From Neophaeotheca triangularis (lineage: Eukaryota), in NCBI GenBank assembly GCA_054600435.1, contig BAAIJX010000009.1, positions 62,001 to 126,000 of the forward strand: a stretch of DNA of 64,000 bases. The letters run 5' to 3'. The notes below the pieces were generated by a model. The model was not told where the DNA came from. It searched no databases and saw only the letters and a list, made by a program, of their open reading frames with translations. Positions 24,684 to 38,153 of this stretch are shown one piece after another (within the stretch, counting starts at the first letter, position 1; each line of letters starts with the position of its first letter). The position numbers and the translations under genes were made by a program.

Positions 24684-27600
24684 TCATCTCCTACGCCGAT
24701 GGCCCCTCTCCTCCTCGGCCCGATCTCCACCCATTAAATCCCCAGCTAGATTTCTAAACAAACTGCCCGCCGTGCCTTTGCCCTGCAAAATCTCCTGCAA
24801 TTTCTCCATTAGCGGATCGCCACCTCCGGCTTCAGGTCGGCGATTGCCATGTTCGTCGAAACGTGGAGGGAGTTCTTCGACAGTGCCGTCGGAGTCATTG
24901 TCGAGGTCATTGGAAGAGGCGGGGGGTTGGGAGCGTGAACGGCGGTGGCGGTGTTTGCCGGCCGGGGAGTCTGAGGGGGATTCCGAGTCGTGGCGGCGGT
25001 GGCGTCGTCTTCTTCGTCTCCGGCGGCGAGTGCGCTCGGGGTCTCCTTCTTCGTCTTCTTCGTCGCGAAGTCTGCTCTTGTCGTTGCTGCTCGTGTGACT
25101 ATCGTTTCTTTCCGGCCTGTCGTCTTCGTGACGTACTCTTCGCCGTCGTTGTTCAGGTGAACGTGCAGTGTTACCATCTAAGTTGAAGCGTACTCTGCTC
25201 GTGGAACGCGCGCGTGGTGGGGTCTCTAGACCATCTACGCAGGCAAAGGTGGCTAGGTTAGCTTATGTTCTGCTTCTGCGGGAACGGGCGACATACCCGC
25301 AGGATGCTGAGTCTGTCGCCGTTGATCCGGTGAGCTACTCACATTCTCGGGATCCCTACCGCCGCGGCCTCTGCGAGCATCGTCTGCGAATCGAGGGTCG
25401 CCGGCATAGGTTTCGCCGCCTGGGTAAGGTGCACCAAGGTTTGCATCGTAATCGTCACCCCAACCATCTCGAGTGTGAGGGTCCCGAGTTGCACCTGCGA
25501 AGGCGGGTTGTGGTGTGTGAGTTGCTCCTGGAGGGTAGTCGGCCGGGTTGTACGGTGGGTATGGTTGGTTGTCAACAGCCTGCATTGGCGGGTATGGCTC
25601 CCCTCCCGTAGGAGGCGGCGGGAAGTAGTTGCCTCCAGGATATTGCTGTTGTTGATACGCTGGGTCTGGTCCTGGTGGTGGTGGATCATAAGCGCCTGGG
25701 GAATCATCGTGGTAACGATCGCGGTCACGAGGGCGACGGCTCCGGCTGCGGCTCCGGCTGCGGCTGCGGCTACGACTGCGACTTAGACTCCGACTACGGC
25801 GATCATCATCGTCGGCACCTGCTATCGTGTTAGTGCACTCCTCCATTGGCATCGCGAATGATTGGCTTGTACCTTGTTCAGCCTTCTTACGCTCTCTACG
25901 CTTGCCGACCTGATGCGCTGCAACCGCGGCAACACCGGCAGCACCGGCAGCTTGAGCAAGGCCCTTGGCCCGCGACTTCGACCTGCTTCTACTTCTGCTA
26001 CCCCTCTTACGGGTGTCAGGGCTGCTGCTGCTTGATCGCCCGCGATGGCGTCTTTGATAGGTAGCTGGCTCTTCGTCCGAATAGTAGCCGCGTGGTTCGT
26101 CCGGATAGATAGGATCAGCGCCATATGCTACTAAACCACGCTCGTTAGACCCTCGCCATTCCTCTACAGGGTAGGGCGGGACGGACCTACTTCGGGACCT
26201 GCTTCTGCTCCGTAGTCTGTCTCTGACGCGGCTCTGTCCTCTCGCCACCTCCTTGCCTTCCTTGTTTTGCTTGTGCTTTTCGTAAAGTCCGGCGAGTGCG
26301 GCACCACCCAGGCCTGCTGCTGCTATTGGAGCACCTTGCCGGACTCGGCTCTTGCTACGATCTCGAGATTTGCCTCCTCTACTACGAGAGCGGACCTTCT
26401 TCCAGATTCCAGCGGCGGCAGCAGAAGCCAGTCCAGCCTGAGCGATGCGACGGTTGCGATGATCTGGCTCCAGAGCGGTGTCACTGCGGGCTTCAGATAT
26501 CGAGTCCGTCGCGGGAATGCTAGATGCACGCCGAACACTAGATCTGCGTCTGCGTGATCTACTTCTGCGGTCGTGCACGACGACTTGCTCTGGCTGTTGC
26601 TGTTTGTTGCCGCGGTTCTTCAAAGCGTAGCCTGCAAGCGCACCCACAGCGGCGACAGCAGCCACGCCACCGAGCTGCTTGAGGCGAGTGTTGGACTCAG
26701 ACCTGGCCCGCGAGCGTGAGCGCGATCTATAAGGCCGTCTTGATCGCCTCGATCGCCTGTCGTCGAATTCAGAACTCCTAGACCTGCTCCTGGAGCCTCC
26801 GCGGCGCCAACTCTTCGCTCGGTGTATTACTTCCGCTCCGAGGGCACCGACGGCTGCACCCTTGAGTGCTTCACGGCCTCTACCTCCACTTGATTGACCC
26901 TGCCTATTGCGATGATTGTTGAAAATTGCAGCGCCAGCAGCGCCGGTGAGAGCGCCGGCGGCCAAGTTGCGCTTGTGATGCCCTTCATGGGAACGGGAAC
27001 GGGATCGTGAGCGCGAACCACCGTCAACGTAGCGTTCACGACGAATGTACTCGTAGCTGTCGTCGCTTTCATACCCCCTTTGCGAGGCACTATCACGCGG
27101 ATCGACATCGCGGCGATCAACTTCGCGAATCCTGCGTTCGTAGTAATAGTCCTCTTCCGGTGGTGCCTGGGGAGCGGGTGGAGGCGGCTCCTCACGCCTC
27201 GTCATTTGGCGATCTTCGCGTACTTCTTCACGGTCGACCATGTCGTAGTGTGGCTCGTCACGGCGCAAAATAATGGGGTCCCTACGCTCCTCTCTGATAA
27301 TGATGGGTTGCGGCGCATCTTGACGGATGATGATTGGCTGCGGTGACGGTTGAGGCTGAGCGAAGTACTCGGTGCTCTTGCTATACCTCTGTATATCGTA
27401 CGGTGCTTCCTGCTGCCTGCGAGGTGGGGAGAAGTCTCGTTCGCGTTCAAATCGATACTCGCGATAATGATCATGGTCGCCAGAATGGTATTCCGATCTA
27501 GCGGGTGGATACTCCGATCTCGCAGGAGGATACTCGGATCTGGCGGGCGGAGGATACCTGTCGCGTTCTTGCTCACTGCTGCGGTCGACGGATCTGAAGT

Positions 27601-27862
27601 GAATGTCGCGACGAGGCTGATCGCGCTCACGGTCGGAATAACGCTCATAGCGGTCGTCGTAGCGGTCGTCGTAACGGTCGCGTTGGGGTGCTTCTCCCTC
27701 ACTCCTCCGTATCACGATTTGCTTGTCTGCTGTGTCGTCTTCTCTCTCCCAAGCGCGGTCGCTGGTGCGATCGGGCACTGTGTAGCGCTTGACGGTTGTG
27801 TAAGCGCGGCGCGAGTCGCCATAGTCGTCGCGATAGCGGTCACCTCCGCCTCGGACGGACAT
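24684..27862 (-). CDS. Arg/Ser- and Pro-rich fungal protein (DUF3824-like); introns 25872-25819 and 25296-25235
   Basis: 869-aa ORF with RS repeats, Ala/Gly hydrophobic repeats and YPGGNYFPPPP/YNPADY; GTATGT (25296)...GCTAAC...TAG (25235) intron joins an open last exon ending DSDGTVEELPPRFDEHG...RRR-TGA at 24684. Family name from recall. Confidence 0.75.
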
Positions 27863-29934
27863 GTTGGTGGTGGTTCCTCAGGTGTGGGGGATGAGTTTTT
27901 GGATATTCGGTCGGTTTTGGGTGGAAATATGGTAGTGGTGAAGTGTTGGTGTTGGTGGTTGTGGTCGTGGTAATAGTGGGATGCCTGTGACAGGTAGTGG
28001 GGCAGATGTAGCCGCCTAATCCAACCTTGGAAGTGAGGTCGAGGAGGTCGATGCTGATGACGACGGCCGGGTAAACATCGGCCGACTGCGGGACGACGAC
28101 CACAGCTGCTATTACCTCCACCTAATACCTAGTGGTACCCGATGCCCAATGTGATGCTGTGATGCTCTTCAAGCGAGGCAAGCGGTGAGTCGACAAGAAA
28201 GAAGGTGGTGTGCAAAACATGAAGATGCGAAAAGGTCGAGACGGCGGAAGACGGCGGGGGTGGAAGAAGAATGGGTGAGACAAGGCGGCGCAAGACCGAA
28301 AGCCTGATTCACCTGCTGCTGCTGCTGTTAGGCTCTCTCTCGCTCTCTCTCGCCCGCGCCCTCTTCACAGCCCTCCAGATTTCCCCAGTTGCCTTCTGCA
28401 CACTGACGTCGCTTCATCCATCAAGCCAAACCGGATGGGCAGACTTTACCCTCAAGGCGAACTCCTCTCAGAACCACCGCACAGTCTTCCATTCCGCGAC
28501 TTCCGAGTGAAATGTACGTGGCTAATAAAAGACAACGGAAACATCGCCTCAGCCTCCGCTACAAGCCCCCCACCGACGAAATCATCCAGGATCCCATCGA
28601 CTCGGTCTCCACGAAAAGCATGCATCTCAACCAGAGCAGCGCGAGCATAGCAGCAGTGAAACCGCAGATCATGAACCGCAGTGAGGGATACAGAAACGCA
28701 TGCATTGCTCAAAGGGCGTCTCGGGTGAAAATAAAACGTCCTCGCTGCAATCGTCGTCCGAGGCTAGCTAAGAAAGCGACCCCTGCGACCTTGTCTCGCT
28801 CGTCACCTAGGTGAGGAAGCTGTTCCATCAGAACAAGAACTACAAGCCCAGGACGCGATCCAATCCACTGCCCCAAGAACATACGCATGGGTTCTTCCTC
28901 CCAGCGACAATGCAAGCGCCCGTCCGTGCCTGGACGCGGGGTTCTAAGACGATCCCAATGCAATGCGATGCGGGCGATGTGGGTGGGGTGATACAACGTT
29001 GACCCCATTCCGTGCCAGTGCAGCAGTTGTGTGTGTGGCACCGCAGACGCAGCCCTTCTTCCCCAGCTCGGTGCGCATGCATCAGCGCATACGGGCAAGC
29101 TTATGTCTGACCTCGAAGGCCGAGACTCGAGATGACACTATTGCTAGCTACTCTTAGGACATGTGAGAGATCGTTGGAACCATAGTTTTGAGAGAAGAAC
29201 CATCGTGTACAAACCGCAGTCGTGTCTGCTAGCGTTAGACTACCTGTAGTAGCGAAGTCGAAGACTGCTCCAGCGCTTTCACGCCATAGCCTAGCCCATG
29301 CCTGAATTAAGTATACCTCCCTCGAGCAAGGATTTTTGCCCAGCCGAAACATCATCGTTCAATGGAAGCCCTTCCCCCATCTTGAATCGCAAAAGCCACA
29401 AAACCCAATCGCCCGCCATTCATGCCCACGGAGAAAATGCCAAACCGAGAATGTAGGCAGCGGCCCAAGTGCAAACGGCGAGATTCCCCGCCTGTAACAA
29501 ACCGAAACCTTCCGCCAATTGCGGTGTCGACGCCCATGAGCCTCGTAGGATTCGCCTCCCGGGAACGGATAAGAGGCAAGAGTCCCCGTCCGTTCAACCA
29601 TACGCCTTCTGCGCCTGCCTTCTCGCAGTCGCAATGTGCGTGTGGTGTGCAAGGGGAATTCGTCGCGGGAGAAACCGTCTTCTCGTCTCTTGTCGGGGGG
29701 AAAAGAAAAGGTAGGAGCGAATCGAGACCGCCGCTGATGTATGTGCAAAGAAGTTGCCCCCGAATATCGTACCTGTACGCTGTGTCCTGTATACCCGTAT
29801 GTGCAGAAGAAAAGATAGCCGTTCAAGGATGAACCACCGCCGTCCGCTAGGCGCCACATGTCGTTGTCGCCGTGAAATCGCCATCGTAGTGGAAAGTGCT
29901 GCCGAATGGACTAGCCACGCGGTTGGAGTCGGGA

Positions 29935-31638
29935 CTAAGTCACGAGGAAATCCCAACCCCTCTTTGCAATAATTGCCTCCCAGTCCCACGTCTCCTCGTC
30001 GCGGCCCTGATCCATCATCTGCCACAGCTGCTCAACAATCTGCCGCGCGTACTTGATATTACCTAGACTGCTCCAGTCCTGCAAGCGCTCGAAAGCGCGC
30101 TGTATCTCTGGGCGCTGCTCGGGCTCAAAAGCCGCGCAGCCTAGAATAAACAGCGGCATGAGCAGTATACTCTGCGTGCTGCCGTCGTCGGTGTCTGGGA
30201 GCATGCGCAGGTATTGCAAACCTTCGTCGACGGCTTGCTTGAAAGAGTCGGAAGCTCGTGATGGCTGGATGGTGCGGTGGAGGTAGATGAAAGTGCATTG
30301 GCGGTAGAGCAAGGAGGCGGGGTATCTAGGTGAGTCGGTTGGGTGGATGCAAGTCCAGTTGCGCAAAGCGTTATCGATGGCGAAAGCGTCGGTGATAATT
30401 TGCTCGTCCCACCAGTTGGCGTTGCGTTGGTCGCGACGCTGGCGGATCTGGTCGCGGAGCCGGCGGATGCGGCTGATGAAGCCGAAGAGGCCGTCGAGGA
30501 CGCCCAGGAGGGTACCGGCTTGGGGTTGGATCATGTATTCCGGGAGCTTGAAGTCTTCCATGAGTGCTATGCTGCGGTGGTCGAGCGGGTTGTGGAGAGA
30601 GGTTATGGACGAGCTGTAGTCGTGGTAAAGGAGGAATTCAAGGATGAATTGGCGGAGCTGTTCGTTGGGAAAAGTGCGTTTGTTGGTGGTGAGCATTTCT
30701 TTCATAGCATTGAGGTGGAAGCGGTAGCTGCCGGTGAGATCCCCGGCGCAGACAGTCTGTAAGCAAAGCACCAAGGTCTGGGCGATTGAAGGGTCGCTCA
30801 TGGTGGCCACGACATTGTCCTCGGTTGGCGATGTCGCCGCTGTAGAAGCAATGTCTTGCTGAAGTAATCGCATGGCTTTGCTGCTGTGAATCTCTTGTCG
30901 TTGTTCCCATTCCCAGTTCGGCATCGATTCTTTTGCAATTAGACAGCTGCCGGATAGGTACAGCAGGCTGTGCATGAGGCCTGCATGAGACATTGCCATT
31001 GGCACTATGATATCGAGGAATGGGTTGTGGTGATCGTTCAGCGACAGCACCTTGCTGACCTGACAGGTAAAGTGCTGGAAGAACAACTGATCGATGGTCC
31101 CTTCAACACCATCCACAAGCTGTGGAAGCTCGGGAGGTATACTGAAGGAATTGGTGCGGATTGTGAGAGTCCTCTGTTTGCCGCTCCTCCACGGTTGCTT
31201 GGCCTCGTAGCCATCACATACCACATTGTTCTTCTCACAGTTCATACAAGAAGGCTTGGCTTCATCGCACTTCTTCTTTCGTCGACGACATGTACCACAG
31301 CCGGTCTTTGATCTTGCATGAGAGGCCTTTTTCTGTTCCACTATCGGATGTTTTCTGGGTCGACCCCTCTTCCTAGGCGGTGCTGGTATGAGTGCCTCTT
31401 CGCCTACGATATTTGGTTTGGAATCGTCAAGCTCGGGGATCGTCTGCTCTTCAAACTGTTCAATCTTCGGGGCGATAGAGGCGGCATCTTCTTCGCTGTC
31501 GGGCGTTATAACACTATCGTGAGAGTAGTCGGGGGACGAACTCGAAGCCGAAGCCGAGGAGTAATGCGAGCTGGATAAGGTGCTTCGTCTTCGCGCAAGT
31601 GCGTAGGGCTCTGAAGACGATGTGTTTGGCGAGTTCAT
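29935..31638 (-). CDS. Zn(II)2Cys6 transcription factor with AT-hook and C-terminal fungal-specific TF domain
   Basis: RKRGRPRK AT-hook; RSKTGCGTCRRRKKKCDEAKPSCMNCEKNNVVC zinc cluster; PLFILGCAAF near C-terminus; likely ATG at 31638 (ORF track begins at an upstream TTG). Confidence 0.92.
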   Translation of the reverse strand: MNSPNTSSSEPYALARRRSTLSSSHYSSASASSSSPDYSHDSVITPDSEEDAASIAPKIEQFEEQTIPELDDSKPNIVGEEALIPAPPRKRGRPRKHPIVEQKKASHARSKTGCGTCRRRKKKCDEAKPSCMNCEKNNVVCDGYEAKQPWRSGKQRTLTIRTNSFSIPPELPQLVDGVEGTIDQLFFQHFTCQVSKVLSLNDHHNPFLDIIVPMAMSHAGLMHSLLYLSGSCLIAKESMPNWEWEQRQEIHSSKAMRLLQQDIASTAATSPTEDNVVATMSDPSIAQTLVLCLQTVCAGDLTGSYRFHLNAMKEMLTTNKRTFPNEQLRQFILEFLLYHDYSSSITSLHNPLDHRSIALMEDFKLPEYMIQPQAGTLLGVLDGLFGFISRIRRLRDQIRQRRDQRNANWWDEQIITDAFAIDNALRNWTCIHPTDSPRYPASLLYRQCTFIYLHRTIQPSRASDSFKQAVDEGLQYLRMLPDTDDGSTQSILLMPLFILGCAAFEPEQRPEIQRAFERLQDWSSLGNIKYARQIVEQLWQMMDQGRDEETWDWEAIIAKRGWDFLVT

Positions 31639-34600
31639 GATGACGGGCGGACAAGCTCGCAAGGTTTGGCGGGAATAGAGTGTGGTGGTAGCTTTGGTGC
31701 GGACCGTTCCCAGCCAGGATGCGCCAGACGGTATCTGACTATCTGTGCTGTGCTCGTAGATGATGAAGGCGATACGGTATACCTCGTTACTTGACAACCA
31801 TGGATATCCTAGGATTAGAAGAACAGCTATCTCCCAGCCCAAGAAGCGCAACTACGAATGGGCTCCCGTATGGCGAGACCATGGGCGCGGGTCGAGTAGG
31901 GTAGCTCCTAGGACTTGAACGTTTTTTGGCAATAATCCCTCCTAGGAGGTAAGGAATGGACCGACTGACGATGCAGGCAGGAAGTCAAAGTTTGGAGGCC
32001 CCACATGAGATAGATGGAGGGCAGTGTGCCAGTGCGGCAGAAGTGTAGATTACTAGTAGATAATAGAGCAAGGCTGCAAGACAACCTAAGTGAATTAATG
32101 CGGAGTCCCACAATCCTTGCACGGCGGGCATTCATTATTATTAGGTACAGTACCTTACTGTATCAAATTCAGGCCGTGTCAAAGACCGCTGCTCGGCCAG
32201 TGCCGGACTACTAACTAGTGGGTGCAGGTCTCCAATACTTGCCTACAGCCTAAGGTAGGTAGGACTTGGTAGGTAGGTAGGCTCGAGACAGGCCGGTCGT
32301 CTGCAGGTGGGTGGGATACATGTACTGTACATACGTACGAGTCAGCTTCTGAAGCGCGGCTGTCTGTGATGAGAAGACCAAGGTACAGCAAGGCACCTCC
32401 TATGTAGATACCTTAGGTAGGTCCTGTACGATGACGAGCAGAGGATGAGCGGCGGCTGAAGATGGACATGGATTGGCATTATTTCAAAACGCTGATCTCA
32501 CGTGGTCACGAGCGTGCCGTAAGCGATAAGTAAGTAGTGGGCTGTACCTTATAGGTAGCTCGAGGATGTGATTAATGGTGTGCTGGTGTGCTGGTGTGCT
32601 GAGATGAGGGCCCCCGGAAAGATTGGTGGGAGCGGAGCCTGGAGGTCAAAGGACCCTGGTCACCAGCGAGCGTCACGTAGCGACCCGTGATGCATGACCC
32701 CCCCTTCCCTGCTCTACTACTACTGTTTGATCTTCGTGACATTGAACCCTACCTATCTACCTTAGGTACTGTCCCTACACCCTCGGCATGCATTGCATGA
32801 CTCTGACATCGATTCTTAACCCTGTATCCAATAACCCCCCGGGTCATTTGTCTTGATAGAAGATGGATGCCTTTGAGGAAACCGGGCAGCACATCGCCAT
32901 AGTCATCATGGGAAAACGAGGGAACTACAAGGTAAATGCGAAGAGTGTGAGTGGCGTCCTGCTGCAACTCTTACCACGCTATCGTTGGAATGCATTGGAT
33001 CAAAAGCTCGGGTCTAGTCGTCTGTTGGACTGTGCCGCATGCGGGCGAGATTTCCTTGAATGCCATGACTCGCCCCTTGACAATTGTACGCGCTTTTGCT
33101 AGGTGTCAACCGGGTTCAGCTCGGTCTGGAAAACGATGCTACTATCTACAGTCGTGAGTCGTTAGTCGTGAGTCGTGACGAGGATCGACAGGATGTAGAG
33201 ACTACCTTATGTAGAGACTACTCTTCAGAGCTCCCTCCCGAGTAGCGCCGTACCTCGTGGCCTACCGTTAGGTAGGTTTTCGTCGGGCACGGCTTCACTT
33301 CCTGAAGAAGATTTTAACTTTCGACTTCGACCTTACCGACGTCCAGCAGAGGCCCACAGCAACGACCCACACATTGAGTGATGGCTCCCGCTTCGGCACG
33401 TTCCTCAGCTTGATTGGGTTGCTGCCCGTGATCGTTGATGCTTGATGAAACGTGACCAGTGAACCACCATGCGATTCATCATTATTATTATTTATTGCGG
33501 ACAGCGGCGCCTGCGAACCAGTGGCGTTTGCAAATCCTAAGCACGCTCAGCACGTCAGTCAAATCATGCTAACCCTGGCCTGCATCAATCTCTATCCACG
33601 CTGAGGCTTTTGCTACGCTGCTGATGTCGTGCATCTCTCAGGTCACTCGCGCCGCACAGCAGAAACGGCCGTCGTGAGACGATCCAATGACCCGAGCTAG
33701 AGACGTATCAAGTCGCACGTACCCTCGCTCACGATCCTATAGGTACATACGTGGAGAAGACCGAGCATTGTCCAGATAACGGCTAGCCGGGTCGAAGTAC
33801 CTGAGTATCTGTCCAAGTGCGAATGGGCAGCATTAACACTTTGGGTACGAATGCACATACCTTCGCATTTGCCACTTATTATTCCATGAACCTTTGCTCT
33901 CTTACTCATTGTCGTCGACTCTTGGCCGTTATGCGGTCCCCGGTCGAGACTCTGGTCGCACGGCATGAACGCCGACGGAGCGCAGCAGGTCCCGCACTTG
34001 GGTGATTGTGATGAACCATCGATCATTCCGTTGTCTTTTCAATGCGCTGCCTCCACCCACACCTTGCCAAGGGTCCCGACCAATGACCCAATCGCTCGGT
34101 AAAAGTGATTGACTCGCTAAACTGCATATTGTCGGGTTACCGCTTAGGGGATGATAGCCTGCACTTCTCGCAATATGCTGTCGTCTCGAGTACTACTAGT
34201 GGTCGTCTTGCAGTAGTTACTTCGCAGAAACAAGCAAGAGGTGAAATAGGTCGACCCAGACATATCCCCTCCAAGACAGCAAAATGTAGCGACTGCCCAG
34301 TGCCCTCATTCCAACGTACCTGGTCGATGACGCATCCAAGGCCTCGCTTCATGTCGATATCAGTCGGTCGTGTCACAGATCAGCTGGACGCGGTACTGCG
34401 CCTAAGCGAGCAGCAGGAGCGGGCTATTTGGTCGTTTGATTAGGGAGTAAGGCGTAGCTCGGTGGAAGATACGTAGTAGGTACGCCCCGAGTCGCATGCT
34501 GTTATCGACGCGGCATTTTCCAGAATTCTTCTCGTAGAGAAAGAGAAAACCACTCAGAAGCTAGGTATACATAACAAGCAAGAGGCGGTGTACTCCCATT

Positions 34601-35020
34601 TACAAGGTAATCACCGATGAAGCCAGACACTTTTGACTCCGAAGAAGTCCGTAGAGAACCTGCTTCCACGTGGAGGAGCGAGACGGACGAACGGTGTTTG
34701 TCACGAGGCACCTATGCCACGCGAGTGAGACCGAGGTCAACAACGGAGGAGGCCTAAGAGCAAACGAGGTCATGAATAGAACTAGCTGCGGTAACGTCTC
34801 TTTTTGGGTGTTGCATCCGGAGTTGTCCTGTATTTGATGGGAGGCGATGGCTTGGAGGTATTCCTTCTGACCAAGATGTCGAATGACTGGGCAAAGCGTA
34901 CGGCCTCGCTGCCCGCGTGCCGTCTGTTGAGACGTAGCGGCCTAGGGTATGACCCGTTTCCCTCGCTGTCGAAGTGGTAGCCACTTGCGGAGGTTTTCAG
35001 AAAGGTAGGTATCCAGGTAA

Positions 35021-35064
35021 GGGCCTGTTCGCAGTTGGGGTTTAGGACCACGGTGGTCATGGTC
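35021..35064 (+). repeat. Left terminal inverted repeat of the PIF/Harbinger element
   Basis: GGGCCTGTTCGCAGTTGGGGTTTAGGACCACGGTGGTCATGGTC; 41/44 match to the reverse complement of 54888-54931. Confidence 0.93.
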
Positions 35065-35265
35065 TCGGACCATAGTCACGGTCAGTGTCATGGTTTATAG
35101 CTCTATAGTACTGTTCGCAGTAGTCGGTCCGGCTCTAGTGGCTCTATCGGTACGTACGGAGGTACATAGGTACCTCCGTCTTAGACGCATCTACTATAGT
35201 ATGTAATAAGCTATACATGTTTTATTAGTTAGAAGCCCTTAAATCAACTCTTAACACTACTCTTA

Positions 35266-35356
35266 CTACTGTCTTAGATCTACCTCTTATACCGCTATCC
35301 TCGATCCTACTACTATCTTAGATCTACCTCTTATACCGCTATCCTCGATCCTACTA
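35266..35356. repeat. 44-bp direct tandem duplication inside the Harbinger element
   Basis: TCTTAGATCTACCTCTTATACCGCTATCCTCGATCCTACTA twice, period 44. Confidence 0.85.
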
Positions 35357-35364
35357 GTATAGCT

Positions 35365-35670
35365 ATGTCTAAAGAGGAGAAGAACGCGCGCCGGAGGGAG
35401 CTTAGGGCTATAAAAAAGCGTACAATTAACGACTTTAGAGGTAACGAAGCGGGTACTAAAGACAGTTAAAGCAAAAGGGCTAAGAAGGGCTATTTCTAGT
35501 AGTCATAAGAGTAGATATAGACTATGCTTAATAAGCTCCTATAGGTTACTCGTACTAGTAGTAGAGGTGACTACTATTTATATAAATAGAGCGAGTAGTA
35601 GAGGCTAGTAGAGGCCCTCTATATATAACATAGTATAGATATTAACTAGGAGTAGTATCGCTCTAAACTA
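35365..35670 (+). pseudogene. RIP-degraded Myb/SANT-like ORF1 of the Harbinger element
   Basis: ATG 35365; restoring TAG/TAA to TGG/CAG gives W-SQEQIQTMLxKLL...K-SEW-RLVEAL...W-EQCRSKL, the spacing of Harbinger Myb/SANT domains; reconstruction is inferential. Confidence 0.55.
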
Positions 35671-37309
35671 TTGTCGAGTAGCGAGAACACTCGTGAAGCT
35701 AGGAGACCAGTTTTACTCGGGGAGGTATTATTCATAACGGTTACAAACAATGTAGCGGGATTAGGAATTAGGTATAGTCGAGGATTAGGGATTGTTCGTA
35801 ACGGTTACGAATAATGCGTCGGGGTTAGAAATCGGTTAGGTTAGTCATAGTGTATAGAGGCTAATTTAATCAGTCGTAATTCATTCCGTGTGTCTATCTA
35901 GGTAGGTAGGTAGGTGTCTAAGATATAAGTGCTAGTATAGGGGGAGGTATAGGTATATGAAGGGGGTAATAACAAAGTAAATACCGTAAAACTAGTACGC
36001 CTATAAATGCAGTACGGGAGTTACCACGACACTATTGGTATACAAGACAATTTAGAGGTAGTAGAAGGCCTACTTAAGACGGCTCTTAGGGTAGGGGAGG
36101 AGTCCTAAAGGGGTACTAATCCGGTTAGAGGCTAAGGAGGACTATTACTTTAGTATATAGACGGATTATAGGAGGTTTAGGAGGAGGTTACCGCCTTTCT
36201 TTAAGGAGCTCTTAGAACTATTAGGCAATAAGTTACCGTAAGGTAATTTTACCTTATTAATTAACGACCTCGGAGACGAGCTTTTTCTACTATCTATTAA
36301 AGAAGGTCGCGCTATTACGCTAGTAGATAAGTAGGAGCTAGGGTAGGAGCTAGTAGATAAACTAGACTAGGAGCCGCTAGAGTAGGAGCTAGTAACGAAT
36401 AACGACGCCGCTATTAGGAGTAATATAGAGCTAACCGAGCGGGAGTAGTTACCGTAAATGACATAGTACGACAGTATAGGTCAGTATGTGTAGTATGTAA
36501 AAGATGGATAAGCTATCTATATAAAGCTATAGCTAGAAGTATACTCTCTCCCCTCTAAGCTAGGAAGCTACTCCTATACTAAGGGAACTCCTACTATAAC
36601 AGTAAAAGCGTGCCCCTATAGTAGTCCGTACCTCGTTAGTTACGCTACCTATAACTCCTACTTATTCGTTAATACCGAGTAGAGGGGGTTAGGCTATTTA
36701 GACAACTAAGAAGAAGGTTACTATAGTAGAGGTTATCGCTAATTTAGCCTCTTAGACTATAGAAGGGTTTACATGTCTTAGCTAGTAGTTTGTAGAGCTT
36801 AAGGTACTACTTACTACTAAGGTAATAACACGGTTAAAGGCCTTACCTTACTTCTAAGCGCTAAGTCTTACCTACCGAGTTATAGCCTTCCGCATTATCG
36901 TAAACGAGATAGTAGCTACTACCTTCTTACCCCCTATTACTAAAGAGGAAGTAGTCGAATTGCTCCGTACCGAGTTTATAGAGCGTAGTATATAGTTACT
37001 ATAGGAGGAGTCTATTAGTAAGGCCGTAGTAGGAGTAGTTAAAGGTAGTATATAAGAAGAAGGTCGAGGAGTAGAGGAAGAAGGTATATTTAGTATTAGT
37101 AAGGTTAAGGGCTTTACTACCTTAGGCATATATTAAAGAAGTAGTAAGATATAGCTACGACTATCTACTATACTAATAAAACGTAAGCTAAGGCGATAGA
37201 CGAGGCTATACTCTTATGCCTCTATAAAACATAAGCTAGTTATATAACCTTTAGATGTCCCTTCTAGACTTTATCCCCTTTAGACATACCTTCGTATAGT
37301 ATGCTCCTA

Positions 37310-38153
37310 GTAATAACTAGCCCTAGCATAAGAGGCCTCTTTGTATATCGATAATACTAGCGCTACATCTACTAAGTAATACGGTTACGCCGCGTAGTAA
37401 CAATAGGACTCTTATAAGCACTAGAGGGCCGTCTAGTATAGCTATCTTCGTCGGTTTTAGGCGTTAGGGGTAGTACCTCCTTATATGCTAGTTAGCTATA
37501 CGAGTTTATAAAGTTATAAAGGCCGTAGAGCGTATATACTAGTATTACCTATACCTTAATCAAATACCCTTACCTAGGGCTATATTTTAAGATCTTAAAA
37601 CGAGCCTTAAGTACACTAAACACCCTCTTAACGATGTTCCGGAGCTACGTATAGCGTAGGTTAAATAGCTCCTCTAGAGTCTCTAGTTTTACTTACGACT
37701 TATACTACTCCTTAAGGTAATACCGCGTCTTTAAGTAGGGTATTAAGAGCGTCTTATCCGTAGCCGTATACCCTATATCTACGAGCTAGTATACCCTCTT
37801 AGGGGTCTTAAACCCCTTTACCTTAGCTATATTTAGCACTATACTGTTATTCGTAGAGCCCTCCTACCCTAGTAAGACATATATAAAGTTTATATCGAAA
37901 TCTACTACTACTAGCACGTTCTACGATATAAACCCCTTCCGGTTACGCTAGGGCCCTTATATATTAGCTAGTATTATAGTAGGAATATACGAGCTATTAA
38001 GAGCACTAATATACCCTCTAAAGAATAGCTAGACCTTCTTATTACTATAGATCTATAGCGGAGTAGTAGCGGTTATAGGTAGTAGAGTCTTTACCTTATA
38101 CCGCTATACGAGAGCAAGTAATACTACCTTAATAAACCTATAGAGACTAGTAG
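37310..38153 (-). pseudogene. Harbinger (DDE_Tnp_4/HARBI1-like) transposase, catalytic C-terminal part, RIP-degraded
   Basis: Reads GYISALNSSYIP (GCIGALDGSHIP-like), *RNRKGFIS*NVL, YVLLG*EGS, LVDIGY, LFNLRY..LRNIVKRVFSVLKARFKIL, IT**M*R*Y; end coordinate approximate. Confidence 0.88.

Noticed and set aside
32100..35017. Short direct repeats (GTGCTGGT, GTCGTGA, ATGTAGAGACTAC) and small ORFs upstream of the Zn2Cys6 gene
   Set aside because: Two to four copy simple repeats typical of intergenic DNA; no coding or RNA gene evidence.
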